Virus record (IMG/VR): IMGVR_UViG_2690316321_000005
Direction: 5' to 3' (one strand)
Length of the DNA stretch: 18,942 nt
Source of the DNA: a virus
Lineage: Duplodnaviria > Heunggongvirae > Uroviricota > Caudoviricetes
Below the pieces are notes generated by a model. The model did not search any database, was not told where the DNA came from, and worked only from the letters and a program-made list of their open reading frames with translations. The position numbers and the translations under genes were made by a program. Below, in pieces: positions 7,174 through 15,202 of this stretch; the stretch's first letter is position 1, and each line of letters opens with the position of its first letter.

Positions 7174-7228
7174 AAATTTAAGACTTCTTAATTTGTTGGT
7201 CAAGTGTATTTTTGAAGAAAACTTAATT
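7174..7228 (-). promoter_or_regulatory. pL promoter with P22-type OL operators
   Basis: Minus strand: -35 TTGACC (7198-7203), 17-nt spacer, -10 TAAATT (7175-7180). Operator-like sites ATTTAAGACTTCTTAATT (7174-7193) and TTTGAAGAAAACTTAATT (7211-7228) fit the P22 c2 operator pattern. Confidence 0.5.
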
Positions 7229-7272
7229 TTATGAGTGTGAATTTAGTTTGTCTTTGATTTTTAACGGGAAAT

Positions 7273-7294
7273 AAAAAAAAGGGGCGAAAGCCCC
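7273..7294 (-). terminator. Intrinsic terminator downstream of the repressor gene
   Basis: Minus strand: GGGGCUUUCGCCCC hairpin then U8 (plus strand aaaaaaaaGGGGCgaaaGCCCC), abutting the c2 stop codon. Confidence 0.65.
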
Positions 7295-7945
7295 TTAAGG
7301 AAGGTTTGCTAGCTTGGCATCAACGACAACGCCAATGATTTTACAGTTCCCATTGATTTCAATCATTGGGTATTGTGGATTGAGTGGTTTCAGGAATTTT
7401 CTACCGGCATCAATAACTAACTTTTTGAATGTCGCCTCGTTTTCTCCTTCAAGTTTGGCGACTACCAGCTTTCCATTACGTGGTTCGACTTCTGGGTCGA
7501 CGAGAATAATCATCCCCTCAGGAATGCTCAGTCCTGCCTGGGCAGTCATTGAGTCGCCTTTAACGTCGAGCCAAAAAGAGTCTTCAGAACAATCTACCGT
7601 TGTGTCGTACCAGTTATCTATTGCACGCCTATGATATGGCTCTACAGCTTCCATCCAACATCCTGCGCTTACCCAGCTAATTAGAGGATACGAACCTCTT
7701 GGATCATGCCTGCTGTGATAGGCAATGTTTGAAAGACTATCCTCTCCTTTCAACAGGTAATCAGGGGAACACTGCAAAGCCTTGGCTAAGGCCAATAGGT
7801 TTTCGCCATTGGGCTCAGTTTCAGATCGCTCCCATTGGGAAATAGCAACATTAGACACGCCAACCATCTTGCCAAGGGCAGCCTGCCTAATCTTGAGTTC
7901 TTTTCTGCGAGCGCGAATACGCTCACCCATCAGTTGTGTATTCAT
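7295..7945 (-). CDS. c2: Prophage repressor, P22 C2-type (HTH N-domain plus LexA/S24-like autocleavage C-domain)
   Basis: 216-aa ORF MNTQLMGERIRARRKELKIRQAALGKMVGVSNVAISQWERSETEPNGENLLALAKALQCSPDYLL...GDSM...KL..., recognised as near-identical to P22 C2; divergent from cro across the operator region. Confidence 0.95.
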   Translation of the reverse strand: MNTQLMGERIRARRKELKIRQAALGKMVGVSNVAISQWERSETEPNGENLLALAKALQCSPDYLLKGEDSLSNIAYHSRHDPRGSYPLISWVSAGCWMEAVEPYHRRAIDNWYDTTVDCSEDSFWLDVKGDSMTAQAGLSIPEGMIILVDPEVEPRNGKLVVAKLEGENEATFKKLVIDAGRKFLKPLNPQYPMIEINGNCKIIGVVVDAKLANLP

Positions 7946-8025
7946 AGTTAAGACATCTTAAATAAACTTGACTTAAGATTCCTTTGGTGGATAATTTAAG
8001 TGTTCTTTAATCTCGGAGCGAGTCT
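7946..8025. promoter_or_regulatory. OR operator region with divergent pRM/pR promoters
   Basis: Three P22-type operator sites: AGTTAAGACATCTTAAAT (7946-7963), ACTTAAGATTCCTTTGG (about 7971-7987), ATTTAAGTGTTCTTTAAT (7994-8011). pR -35 TTGACT (7968-7973) and -10 GATAAT (7990-7995). GGAG SD before cro. Confidence 0.7.
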
Positions 8026-8211
8026 ATGTACAAAAAAGATGTTATTGACCACTTCGGAACCCAGCGTGCTGTTGCTAAAGCACTAGGCATTAGCGATGCA
8101 GCAGTCTCTCAGTGGAAAGAAGTTATCCCAGAGAAAGACGCCTATCGATTGGAAATCGTTACAGCTGGCGCCCTGAAGTATCAAGAAAGTGCTTACCGCC
8201 AAGCGGCATAA
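8026..8211 (+). CDS. cro: Cro repressor (P22-type)
   Basis: 61-aa ORF MYKKDVIDHFGTQRAVAKALGISDAAVSQWKEVIPEKDAYRLEIVTAGALKYQESAYRQAA, recognised as P22 Cro. Confidence 0.9.
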   Translation: MYKKDVIDHFGTQRAVAKALGISDAAVSQWKEVIPEKDAYRLEIVTAGALKYQESAYRQAA

Positions 8212-8218
8212 GTAAATT

Positions 8219-8258
8219 GCTCTTTAACAGTTCTGGCCTTTCACCTCTAACCGGGTGA
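8219..8258 (+). promoter_or_regulatory. nutR: nutR site (boxA GCTCTTTAACA plus boxB-like hairpin)
   Basis: Identical boxA to nutL (GCTCTTTAACA, 8219-8229), followed by hairpin TCACC-tctaaccg-GGTGA (8241-8258). Immediately downstream of cro. Confidence 0.55.
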
Positions 8259-8326
8259 GCAAACATCAGCGGCAAATCCACTGGGTGTGCCGCTATAACT
8301 CCATATCAATATAGGAAAATTAACAA

Positions 8327-8623
8327 ATGGCACAAGCAAGTTACAGCAAGCCAACACAGCGAGAAATTGATCGCGCAGAAACAGATTTACTCATCAACCT
8401 GTCAACGCTTACCCAGCGCGGTCTGGCAAAGATGATTGGCTGTCATGAATCGAAGATAAGCAGAACGGACTGGAGATTTATTGCTTCGGTCTTGTGTGCT
8501 TTCGGAATGGCATCAGACATCAGTCCGATTAGCAGGGCTTTTAAGTATGCGCTTGATGGAATCACAAAGAAAAAATCCCCGGCCGCCACCGAGGATTTTA
8601 AGCAAATTGATATGCAATTCTGA
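8327..8623 (+). CDS. c1: CII-like transcriptional activator of lysogeny (P22 C1 equivalent)
   Basis: 98-aa ORF with HTH region ...LAKMIGCHESKISRTDWRF... and C-terminus ...KKKSPAATEDFKQIDMQF, paralleling the lambda CII C-terminus ...KKRPAATERSEQIQMEF as recalled. Confidence 0.8.
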   Translation: MAQASYSKPTQREIDRAETDLLINLSTLTQRGLAKMIGCHESKISRTDWRFIASVLCAFGMASDISPISRAFKYALDGITKKKSPAATEDFKQIDMQF

Positions 8624-8655
8624 GGGAATTACTGGATCAATCCACAGGAGTCATT

Positions 8656-8817
8656 ATGACAAAACGTCGTAAGAAATACCAGGAAAAAGAAGAGATTCGA
8701 CACCCTGATTCACCTGAGGGATTAGTGGTAGCCGCAGCAAATAACAGGGCGTTCGCAGAGCGCCTTGTTGGTGTTTACAGACTAGCCAAAGCAGGAGTGA
8801 AACATGGGCGTCGTTAA
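8656..8817 (+). CDS. Hypothetical small basic protein (53 aa)
   Basis: ATG at 8656 with AGGAG 7 nt upstream; translation [53 protein letters not shown]; its 3' end overlaps the start of the O-like gene. Below the track's length cutoff. Confidence 0.4.
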   Translation: MTKRRKKYQEKEEIRHPDSPEGLVVAAANNRAFAERLVGVYRLAKAGVKHGRR

Positions 8818-9625
8818 GTTAGCTGATTACAGGCCTCAACTGGAGGTCGTGGAGCATCGCGTGGCAGATACCGAAGATGGTTTCATGCGCGTTGCTAACG
8901 AGATTACCGACAGTCTGCTGATGGCTGATTTAACCGTCCGGCAGTTGAAGGTGATGCTCGCTATCATGCGCAAGACATACGGATTCAATAAGCCGATGGA
9001 TCGACTCACAAACACGCAGATAGCAGCCATGACAGGTATTCATCACACTCATGTTTGCGCTGCCAAGCGCCAGCTTATTGAGCGTAAATTCCTCATTGCT
9101 GATGGCGTGAAAATCGGAGTGAACAAGGTGGTTTCTCAGTGGATTAGCCAGGACAGCTTAACATTAGCTAAAACAGCTAATAAAACATTAGCCAAGTCGG
9201 CTAATGGGTATAAGCCAAGTCAGCTAAACACAAAAGACAATATACAAAAGACAATAAATACAAATACCCCCTTACCCCCTAACGGGGGCGGCGATGGGCA
9301 GGTTAAACCTGAACGTCGCAAGGCAGAACGAATCGACTACGAATCCTTCCTGAACGCCTACAACACCGAAGTCGGTGACAGACTGCCACACGCTGTTGCG
9401 GTCAACGAGAAACGCAAACGCCGCCTGAAGAAAATCATCCCGCAACTGAAAACGCCAAACGTGGACGGTTTCAGAGCGTATGTCAGGGCGTTTGTGCATC
9501 AGGCCAAGCCGTTTTACTTCGGAGACAACGACACGGGCTGGACGGCTGATTTTGATTACCTGCTGAGGGAAGATTCGTTAACGGGAGTACGGGAAGGGAA
9601 GTTTGCAGGCAGGGGGATTGCATGA
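8804..9625 (+). CDS. Replication initiation protein, lambda O / P22 gp18 family
   Basis: 273-aa ORF; N-terminal region ...[38 protein letters not shown]... parallels lambda O (...ADLTKRQFKVLLAILRKTYGWNKPMDRITDSQLSEIT...) as recalled. Contains the iteron origin internally. Confidence 0.85.
   Translation: MGVVKLADYRPQLEVVEHRVADTEDGFMRVANEITDSLLMADLTVRQLKVMLAIMRKTYGFNKPMDRLTNTQIAAMTGIHHTHVCAAKRQLIERKFLIADGVKIGVNKVVSQWISQDSLTLAKTANKTLAKSANGYKPSQLNTKDNIQKTINTNTPLPPNGGGDGQVKPERRKAERIDYESFLNAYNTEVGDRLPHAVAVNEKRKRRLKKIIPQLKTPNVDGFRAYVRAFVHQAKPFYFGDNDTGWTADFDYLLREDSLTGVREGKFAGRGIA
9146..9266 (+). repeat. Origin of replication: four iterons plus AT-rich region inside the O-like gene
   Basis: Four roughly 20-bp-spaced repeats: AGCCAGGACAGCT (9146-9158), AGCTAAAACAGCT (9166-9178), AGCCAAGTCGGCT (9190-9202), AGCCAAGTCAGCT (9212-9224). 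Followed by an A-rich stretch with tandem CAAAAGACAATA x2 (9231-9256). Same architecture as lambda ori. Confidence 0.6.
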
Positions 9626-10998
9626 GACAGGATATCGAAGCGAGCGTTATCGGTGGCCTGCTGATTGGTGGATTAACACCAACTGCCAGTGACGTTCTGG
9701 CAACGCTTGAGCCGGAAGCGTTTTCAATTCCGCTCTACCGGAAAGCCTTCGAGGTTATCCGGAAGCAGGCGCGAAACAGAAACCTAATCGACGCGCTGAT
9801 GGTTGCCGAGGCGTGCGGAGAGGAGCATTTCACGTCAATCCTGATGACCAGCAAAAACTGCCCGAGTGCCGCAAACCTGAAGGGATATGCCGGAATGGTC
9901 GCGGATAACTATCACCGCCGTCTGGTGCTGGAAATCATGGATGAAATGCGTGAACCAATTCAGAGCGGAACCATCGACGCATCGAGTCAGGCGATGGATG
10001 AGCTTGTAAAGCGTCTTTCAGCCATCAGAAAGCCCCGTGACGAGGTTAAACCTGTACGGTTAGGGGAAATCATCACTGACTACACTGACACGCTTGACAG
10101 GCGTCTGAGGAACGGAGAGGAATCAGATACCCTGAAGACCGGAATCGAAGAACTTGACGCCATCACCGGAGGGATGAACGCGGAAGACCTGGTGATTATC
10201 GCTGCTCGTCCGGGTATGGGGAAAACCGAACTGGCGCTGAAGATTGCCGAAGGCGTTGCAAGCCGCGTTATTCCTGGTTCTGACGTCCGGCGCGGAGTGT
10301 TGATTTTCTCAATGGAAATGAGCGCATTGCAGATTGCAGAGCGAAGCATTGCCAACGCCGGGAGGATGTCGGTTAGCGTACTGCGAAATCCTGCATCGAT
10401 GGATGACGAAGGCTGGGCGCGTGTTGCTAACGGCATGAGTCAGCTTGCAGATTTGGATGTATGGGTAGTCGATGCCTCGCGGTTATCGGTCGAAGAAATA
10501 CGCTCAATCGCAGAACGACACAAACAGGAAAATCCAAACCTGTCACTCATCATGGCGGATTATCTTGGCCTGATTGAGAAGCCGAAAGCAGACCGCAACG
10601 ACCTCGCAATTGCTCACATCTCCGGAGGACTGAAGGCGATGGCGAAAGACCTGAAAACGCCTGTTATCTCCCTGAGTCAGCTTTCGCGCGATGTTGAGAA
10701 GCGACCAAACAAACGCCCGACAAACGCAGATTTGCGTGATTCAGGAAGCATTGAGCAGGACGCAGACTCAATCATCATGCTCTATCGGGAAGCGGTATAT
10801 GACGAGAACAGTAGCGCCGCGCCATTTGCTGAAATCATCGTGACGAAAAACCGTTTTGGCTCACTTGGTACGGTTTACCAGCGGTTCTGCAACGGACACT
10901 TTGTTGCATGTGACCAGGATGAAGCCAGACAGATTTGCACAGCATCAAATGCACCTGCTGCGCGTGGCAGACGATATGCACAAGGGGCGGACGTATGA
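9622..10998 (+). CDS. Replicative DNA helicase, DnaB family (P22 gp12-like)
   Basis: 458-aa ORF with Walker [18 protein letters not shown] and DnaB-like motifs (...LIFSMEMS..., ...[17 protein letters not shown]...[13 protein letters not shown]...). Start overlaps the O-like gene stop. Confidence 0.9.
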   Translation: MRQDIEASVIGGLLIGGLTPTASDVLATLEPEAFSIPLYRKAFEVIRKQARNRNLIDALMVAEACGEEHFTSILMTSKNCPSAANLKGYAGMVADNYHRRLVLEIMDEMREPIQSGTIDASSQAMDELVKRLSAIRKPRDEVKPVRLGEIITDYTDTLDRRLRNGEESDTLKTGIEELDAITGGMNAEDLVIIAARPGMGKTELALKIAEGVASRVIPGSDVRRGVLIFSMEMSALQIAERSIANAGRMSVSVLRNPASMDDEGWARVANGMSQLADLDVWVVDASRLSVEEIRSIAERHKQENPNLSLIMADYLGLIEKPKADRNDLAIAHISGGLKAMAKDLKTPVISLSQLSRDVEKRPNKRPTNADLRDSGSIEQDADSIIMLYREAVYDENSSAAPFAEIIVTKNRFGSLGTVYQRFCNGHFVACDQDEARQICTASNAPAARGRRYAQGADV

Positions 10999-11023
10999 CC
11001 ATCTACATCACTGAGCTAATAAC

Positions 11024-11052
11024 AGGCCTGCTGGTAATCGCAGGCCTTTTTA
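11024..11052 (+). terminator. Candidate intrinsic terminator (tR2-like) after the helicase gene
   Basis: AGGCCTGC-tggtaatc-GCAGGCCT (perfect 8-bp stem) followed by TTTTTA. Confidence 0.5.
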
Positions 11053-11070
11053 TTTGGGGGAGAGTAAATC

Positions 11071-11397
11071 GTGGCTGACTGGCAAATACCAATCATCATT
11101 CTTGCCGGAGCCTCGCTGGTTGCTGGCTTTATCCTGCTGAAAAAGCATAAAGACCGTGATCAAAAAGTCGAAGTTCTCTATGGGTATCCAGCGAACAGCA
11201 CAACATGGCTGACCATTTACCACTACCGAAAATCAGGCCGCTGGGTATTCGAATGGGATGATCTGTTCGCTGAAAAGCGACCAAAGTCATGGGGAGACAT
11301 CAGCGAATGCATGATGTTTGAAGAAAGAAAATCCGGCGCAACCCGAGAAGAGTTTAACGAAGCGTGGAGGCGATTAAGTGAGAGAGGGTATCAATGA
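11071..11397 (+). CDS. Hypothetical protein with N-terminal transmembrane anchor (108 aa)
   Basis: GTG start with GGGGAGAG SD 8 nt upstream; N-terminus MADWQIPIIILAGASLVAGFILLKKHK is hydrophobic. No family recognised. Confidence 0.55.
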   Translation: MADWQIPIIILAGASLVAGFILLKKHKDRDQKVEVLYGYPANSTTWLTIYHYRKSGRWVFEWDDLFAEKRPKSWGDISECMMFEERKSGATREEFNEAWRRLSERGYQ

Positions 11398-11630
11398 GCA
11401 GAATTAAATCTGGTTATCCAGGGAATGGGGAATACCCGAAGCCATATTTACCTGTAACAGTGACCACTCAATCTAAGCATCCACATCATTTCAAGCATAG
11501 TGGTACAGCTTATTGGAGTGGCAAGCGGTGGATAGGTATTGATGGGTTCAAAATTGGGTATGCAAAGGTAATTAAATGGGAATTTAACATCGCACACTGG
11601 AGTTCATCCCATGAGGAAACTAACGTTTGA
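11394..11630 (+). CDS. Hypothetical protein (78 aa)
   Basis: ORF whose start overlaps the upstream stop (ATGA) and whose end overlaps the ninB start; His/Trp-rich. No family recognised. Confidence 0.45.
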   Translation: MSRIKSGYPGNGEYPKPYLPVTVTTQSKHPHHFKHSGTAYWSGKRWIGIDGFKIGYAKVIKWEFNIAHWSSSHEETNV

Positions 11631-12051
11631 ACTAAGAAGCCCCATCCATCAGCAGAACGCCATTCAAGCCATCCAGCAAATCCTTCCAGACCCAACCAAA
11701 CCAATCGTAGTAACCATTCAGGAACGCAACCGCAGCTTAGACCAGAATCGAAAGCTTTGGGCTTGCCTTGGTGACGTCTCTCGTCAGGTTGAATGGCATG
11801 GTCGCTGGCTGGATGCAGAAAGCTGGAAGTGCGTTTTTACAGCAGCATTAAAGCAGCAGGACGTTGTTCCTAACCTTGCCGGGAATGGCTTTGTGGTAAT
11901 AGGCCAGTCAACCAGCAGGATGCGTGTAAGCGAATTTGCGGAGCTATTAGAGCTTATACAGGCATTCGGTACAGAGCGTGGCGTTAAGTGGTCAGACGAA
12001 GCGCGACTGGCTCTCGAATGGAAAGCGCGATGGGGAGATCGGGCTGCATGA
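11611..12051 (+). CDS. ninB: NinB recombination protein (Orf family)
   Basis: 146-aa ORF MRKLTFELRSPIHQQNAIQAIQQILPDPTKPIVVTIQERNRSLDQNRKLWACLGDVSRQVEWHGRWLDAESWKCVF..., recognised as near-identical to lambda NinB. Confidence 0.85.
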   Translation: MRKLTFELRSPIHQQNAIQAIQQILPDPTKPIVVTIQERNRSLDQNRKLWACLGDVSRQVEWHGRWLDAESWKCVFTAALKQQDVVPNLAGNGFVVIGQSTSRMRVSEFAELLELIQAFGTERGVKWSDEARLALEWKARWGDRAA

Positions 12052-12575
12052 CTATCAAATCAAATACGCCATCACACGACAAGGACTGCTGGCAAACGCC
12101 GCTCTGGCTTTTTGATGCACTGGATATTGAGTTTGGATTCTGGCTGGATTCGGCAGCGAGCGACAAAAATGCTCTGTGCACTCACTGGCTAACTGAGGCT
12201 GACGACGCGCTAAATTCTGAGTGGATAAGCCACGGTGCAATCTGGAATAACCCACCGTACAGCAATATCAGGCCGTGGGTGGAAAAAGCCGCTGAGCAGT
12301 GCATACAACAACGACAGACGGTAGTGATGCTTGTGCCAGAGGATATGTCTGTCGGATGGTTCAGCAAGGCTCTGGAGAGTGTCGACGAAGTTCGCATTAT
12401 CACTGATGGACGGATTAATTTTATCGAACCATCGACAGGGCTGGAGAAGAAGGGAAACAGCAAAGGCTCCATGCTGCTGATTTGGCGACCGTTCATCAGT
12501 CCTCGACGGATGTTTACTACCGTATCCAAAGCGGCATTGATGGCGATCGGGCAGGGCGTCAGGAGGGCGGCATGA
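12048..12575 (+). CDS. dam: Phage DNA N6-adenine methyltransferase (orphan Dam-type MTase)
   Basis: ATG at 12048 overlaps the ninB stop (ATGA). Product [48 protein letters not shown]... with catalytic NPPY motif (..[10 protein letters not shown]..). The track ORF's upstream extension is antisense-free read-through and not used. Confidence 0.8.
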   Translation: MTIKSNTPSHDKDCWQTPLWLFDALDIEFGFWLDSAASDKNALCTHWLTEADDALNSEWISHGAIWNNPPYSNIRPWVEKAAEQCIQQRQTVVMLVPEDMSVGWFSKALESVDEVRIITDGRINFIEPSTGLEKKGNSKGSMLLIWRPFISPRRMFTTVSKAALMAIGQGVRRAA

Positions 12576-12748
12576 GGCGACAACGACGAAGTATCACCGA
12601 CATCATCTGCGAAAACTGCAAATACCTTCCAACGAAACGCTCCAGAAATAAACGCAAGCCAATCCCAAAAGAATCTGACGTAAAAACCTTCAATTACACG
12701 GCTCACCTGTGGGATATCCGGTGGCTAAGACATCGTGCGAGGAAATGA
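12572..12748 (+). CDS. ninE: NinE protein
   Basis: ATG at 12572 overlaps the dam stop. Product [58 protein letters not shown] recognised as lambda NinE. Confidence 0.75.
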   Translation: MRRQRRSITDIICENCKYLPTKRSRNKRKPIPKESDVKTFNYTAHLWDIRWLRHRARK

Positions 12749-13095
12749 CAATGGATTATTCACAGTTAAGTGATTTTGAAATTAACAAGCGAGTATTTAA
12801 AGCGATAGTTGGGGCAAAACCATTAGGTTATCCGCACAACGCAGATGGACGGTCTGTTGGCAATGAAGCAAATGGTAATTATAGATGGTACGACTACTGC
12901 AATAACCCAGCAGACGCATGGCCGATTATCACTGAAAACAACATCAGCATAATTTTAGACAATCCCTCAATGCCGTGCGCCACAGACAACGCAAGGGACT
13001 TGTTTGATGATGCCGGACCGAATGTTGGTGTCGCATATGACAATCCACTCCGTGCCGCCATGATTGTCTTTCTCATGATGCGGAGAATCCAATAA
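12745..13095 (+). CDS. Hypothetical nin-region protein (116 aa), possibly NinX-like
   Basis: ATG at 12745 overlaps the ninE stop. Product [66 protein letters not shown]... Sits between ninE and ninF, where P22 has ninX; assignment is by position only. Confidence 0.55.
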   Translation: MTMDYSQLSDFEINKRVFKAIVGAKPLGYPHNADGRSVGNEANGNYRWYDYCNNPADAWPIITENNISIILDNPSMPCATDNARDLFDDAGPNVGVAYDNPLRAAMIVFLMMRRIQ

Positions 13096-13271
13096 TGCTT
13101 AGCCCATCCCAAACCCTTCAATACCAGAAAGAAAGCGTCGAGCGAGCTTTAACGTGCGCTAACTGCGGTCAGAAGCTGCATGTGCTGGAAGTTCACGTGT
13201 GCTCCGATTGCTGCGCAGAGCTGATGAGCGATCCGAATAGCTCAATGTACGAGGAAGAAGACGATGAGTGA
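13095..13271 (+). CDS. ninF: NinF protein
   Basis: 58-aa ORF translated by hand: [58 protein letters not shown], recognised as lambda NinF-like (Cys-rich). Below the track cutoff. Confidence 0.7.
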   Translation: MLSPSQTLQYQKESVERALTCANCGQKLHVLEVHVCSDCCAELMSDPNSSMYEEEDDE

Positions 13272-13476
13272 TTACCTGAAATGGTATCTCTGCCACCGCT
13301 GGTTAATTAAGTTTGCTGTAAAAGACTGGATGACAGCGGATGCCAACAAGCTTAAGCAAAGAAAAGACTATTACTACGCCAGAATGAAGGAAAACTACTG
13401 CTCAATTCGCACTCGCATATTTATTAAAAAAGACCTTCAGTCAATTCTTCAATTGCGAGGGAAGGTAAATGGCTAA
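13264..13476 (+). CDS. Hypothetical protein (70 aa)
   Basis: ATG overlaps the ninF 3' end; product MSDYLKWYLCHRWLIKFAVKDWMTADANKLKQRKDYYYARMKENYCSIRTRIFIKKDLQSILQLRGKVNG; AT-rich. No family recognised. Confidence 0.45.
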   Translation: MSDYLKWYLCHRWLIKFAVKDWMTADANKLKQRKDYYYARMKENYCSIRTRIFIKKDLQSILQLRGKVNG

Positions 13477-13759
13477 CCTACGCAAAGAAGCGCGCGGCAG
13501 AGAATGCCAGGTACGTATTTACGGCGTATGCAATGGCAATCCTGAAACTACAGTTCTGGCACATTACCGGATGGCTGGAATTTGCGGAACGGGAATGAAA
13601 CCTGACGACCTGATCGGCGCATGGGCTTGTAGCGCGTGTCACGCGGAGATCGACCGACGCACCCATAATCTCGAAAACAAAGACGCCAGACTTTACCACC
13701 TCGAAGGCGTGATCAGGACGCAGGCGATACTGCTGAAGGAGGGGAAGATTAAGCCATGA
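13469..13759 (+). CDS. DUF1364 / YbcO-like protein (putative nuclease of the nin region)
   Basis: 96-aa ORF MANLRKEARGRECQVRIYGVCNGNPETTVLAHYRMAGICGTGMKPDDLIGAWACSACHAEIDRRTH... with conserved Cys/His pattern; resembles E. coli DLP12 YbcO as recalled. Confidence 0.7.
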   Translation: MANLRKEARGRECQVRIYGVCNGNPETTVLAHYRMAGICGTGMKPDDLIGAWACSACHAEIDRRTHNLENKDARLYHLEGVIRTQAILLKEGKIKP

Positions 13760-14118
13760 ACGAATATCAGTTTGTGCTTCCATACCCGCCGTCGGTGAAT
13801 ACCTACTGGCGAAGACGGGGAAGCCAATACTACATCAGCGATAAAGGCCAGAAATACCGAAAAGACGTTCAGCAAATCATCCGCCAACTCAAGTTAGACA
13901 TTTTCACCAAATCACGACTACGAATCAAAGTCATCGCAGACGTTCCAGACTCCCGCCGCCGCGACCTCGACAACATTCTTAAAGGTTTACTCGACTCCCT
14001 TATCCACGCCGGATTTGCGGAAGACGACGAGCAATTCGATGACATTCGCGTAATTCGTGGTGTGAAAGTACCAGGCGGACGGCTTGGAATAAAAATCACC
14101 GAACTGGAGAACGTATGA
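13756..14118 (+). CDS. rusA: Holliday junction resolvase RusA
   Basis: 120-aa ORF with RusA motifs (...YPPSVNTYW...RRRDLDNILKGLLDSLIHAGF..DD.Q..D.R...K...GGRL.I.I.E...). Confidence 0.88.
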   Translation: MNEYQFVLPYPPSVNTYWRRRGSQYYISDKGQKYRKDVQQIIRQLKLDIFTKSRLRIKVIADVPDSRRRDLDNILKGLLDSLIHAGFAEDDEQFDDIRVIRGVKVPGGRLGIKITELENV

Positions 14119-14303
14119 ACGCCACAATTCAAACGATACCAGAGCTTCTTATCCAGACACGAGGAGATCAGACCGAAGTGGCGAGGATGCTTTCCTGCGC
14201 AAGAGGAACAGTGCTCAAGTACAACCGAGACAGCAAAGGCGAGCGTCACGTAATAGTTAACGGCGTCCTGATGGTCAAACAGGGCAAGAGGGGAAGACCA
14301 TGA
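14115..14303 (+). CDS. ninH: NinH-like protein
   Basis: 62-aa ORF MNATIQTIPELLIQTRGDQTEVARMLSCARGTVLKYNRDSKGERHVIVNGVLMV...; parallels lambda NinH (..TIPDMLVEAYGNQTEVARRLKCSRGTVRKY...) as recalled. Confidence 0.7.
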   Translation: MNATIQTIPELLIQTRGDQTEVARMLSCARGTVLKYNRDSKGERHVIVNGVLMVKQGKRGRP

Positions 14304-14923
14304 GACTCGAAAGCGTAGCTAAATTTCACTCGCCAAAAAGCCCGATGATGAGCGACTCACCACGGGCCACGGCTTCTGACTCTCTTTCCGGTACTGATGT
14401 GATGGCTGCTATGGGGATGGCGCAATCACAAGCCGGATTCGGAATGGCTGCATTTTGCGGTAAGCACGAACTCAGCCAGAACGACAAACAAAAGGCTATC
14501 AACTATCTGATGCAATTTGCACACAAGGTATCGGGGAAATACCGTGGTGTGGCAAAGCTCGAAGGAAATACTAAGGCAAAGGTGCTGCAAATGCTCGCAA
14601 CATTCGCTTATGCGGATTATTGCCGTAGTGCCGCGACGCCGGGCGCAAGATGCAGAGATTGCCACGGTACAGGTCGTGCGGTTGATATAGCAAAAACAGA
14701 GCAGTGGGGGAGAGTTGTTGAGAAAGAGTGCGTAAGATGCAAAGGCGTCGGCTATTCAAGGATGCCAGCAAGCGCCGCATATCGCGCTGTAACGATGCTA
14801 ATCCCAAACCTTACCCAACCCACCTGGTCACGCACTGTTAAGCCGCTGTATGACGCTCTGGTTGTGCAATGCCACAAGGAAGAGTCAATCGCAGACAACA
14901 TTTTGAATGCGATCACACGTTAG
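14300..14923 (+). CDS. Q: Late gene antiterminator Q (lambda-type)
   Basis: 207-aa ORF MRLESVAKFHSPKSPMMSDSPRATASDSLSGTDVMAAMGMAQSQAGFGMAAFCGKHELSQNDKQKAINYLMQFAHKVSGKYRG... with zinc-binding CRDCHGTG...C..C.G, recognised as near-identical to lambda Q. Confidence 0.95.
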   Translation: MRLESVAKFHSPKSPMMSDSPRATASDSLSGTDVMAAMGMAQSQAGFGMAAFCGKHELSQNDKQKAINYLMQFAHKVSGKYRGVAKLEGNTKAKVLQMLATFAYADYCRSAATPGARCRDCHGTGRAVDIAKTEQWGRVVEKECVRCKGVGYSRMPASAAYRAVTMLIPNLTQPTWSRTVKPLYDALVVQCHKEESIADNILNAITR

Positions 14924-14965
14924 CGCCATGATTGCCACGGATGGCAACATATTAACGGCATAATA

Positions 14966-15010
14966 TTGACTTTTTGAATAACTTTGGGGAAACTTGACAC
15001 CAATAATGGG
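14966..15010 (+). promoter_or_regulatory. Late promoter pR' with overlapping qut region
   Basis: TTGACT (14966-14971), 17-nt spacer TTTTGAATAACTTTGGG, then GAAACT, closely paralleling the lambda pR' region TTGACTTATTGAATAAAATTGGGTAAATT as recalled. The -10 is degenerate relative to lambda. Confidence 0.5.
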
Positions 15011-15202
15011 CGTTTTTTACATGTCATTGATGAGTCTCAATAACCTGCCGCCGAGTAGTTTTTATGCTCTGAATTGTATTTGTGTAGTAAACATGCTGAC
15101 TGCAATGTAATAGAGTTTTTTTAGCCTGTAACCTCTTGACGGCATTGAATTGCTTTTGTTATGAGTTGTAAGCCAATGTTATCATCTTGTATTGGGGTGG
15201 TT

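Noticed and set aside
7314-7634. Plus-strand ORF 7314..7634
   Set aside because: Antisense to the c2 repressor gene.
8481-10436. ORFs 8481..8672 (+), 8836..9030 (-), 9272..9499 (-), 10080..10436 (-)
   Set aside because: Out-of-frame or antisense overlaps of c1, the O-like gene and the helicase gene, with no independent support.
11510-13121. Minus-strand ORFs 11510..11704, 11984..12181, 12055..12255, 12182..12706, 12894..13121 and plus ORF 12482..12748 upstream extension
   Set aside because: Antisense to the ninB/dam/ninE region. The 12482 start is an in-frame upstream extension of ninE that overlaps dam; the ATG at 12572 is the real start.
13478-14807. Minus-strand ORFs 13478..13783, 13693..13887, 13869..14249, 14426..14665, 14571..14807
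   Set aside because: Antisense to the DUF1364 gene, rusA, ninH and Q, all of which have strong homology-based support on the plus strand.
15001-15160. tR'-like terminator or 6S-RNA equivalent immediately downstream of pR'
   Set aside because: No convincing hairpin-plus-U-run was found within about 200 nt of pR' (the T-runs at about 15026 and 15104 lack stems); the first strong plus-strand terminator is at 16350-16377.
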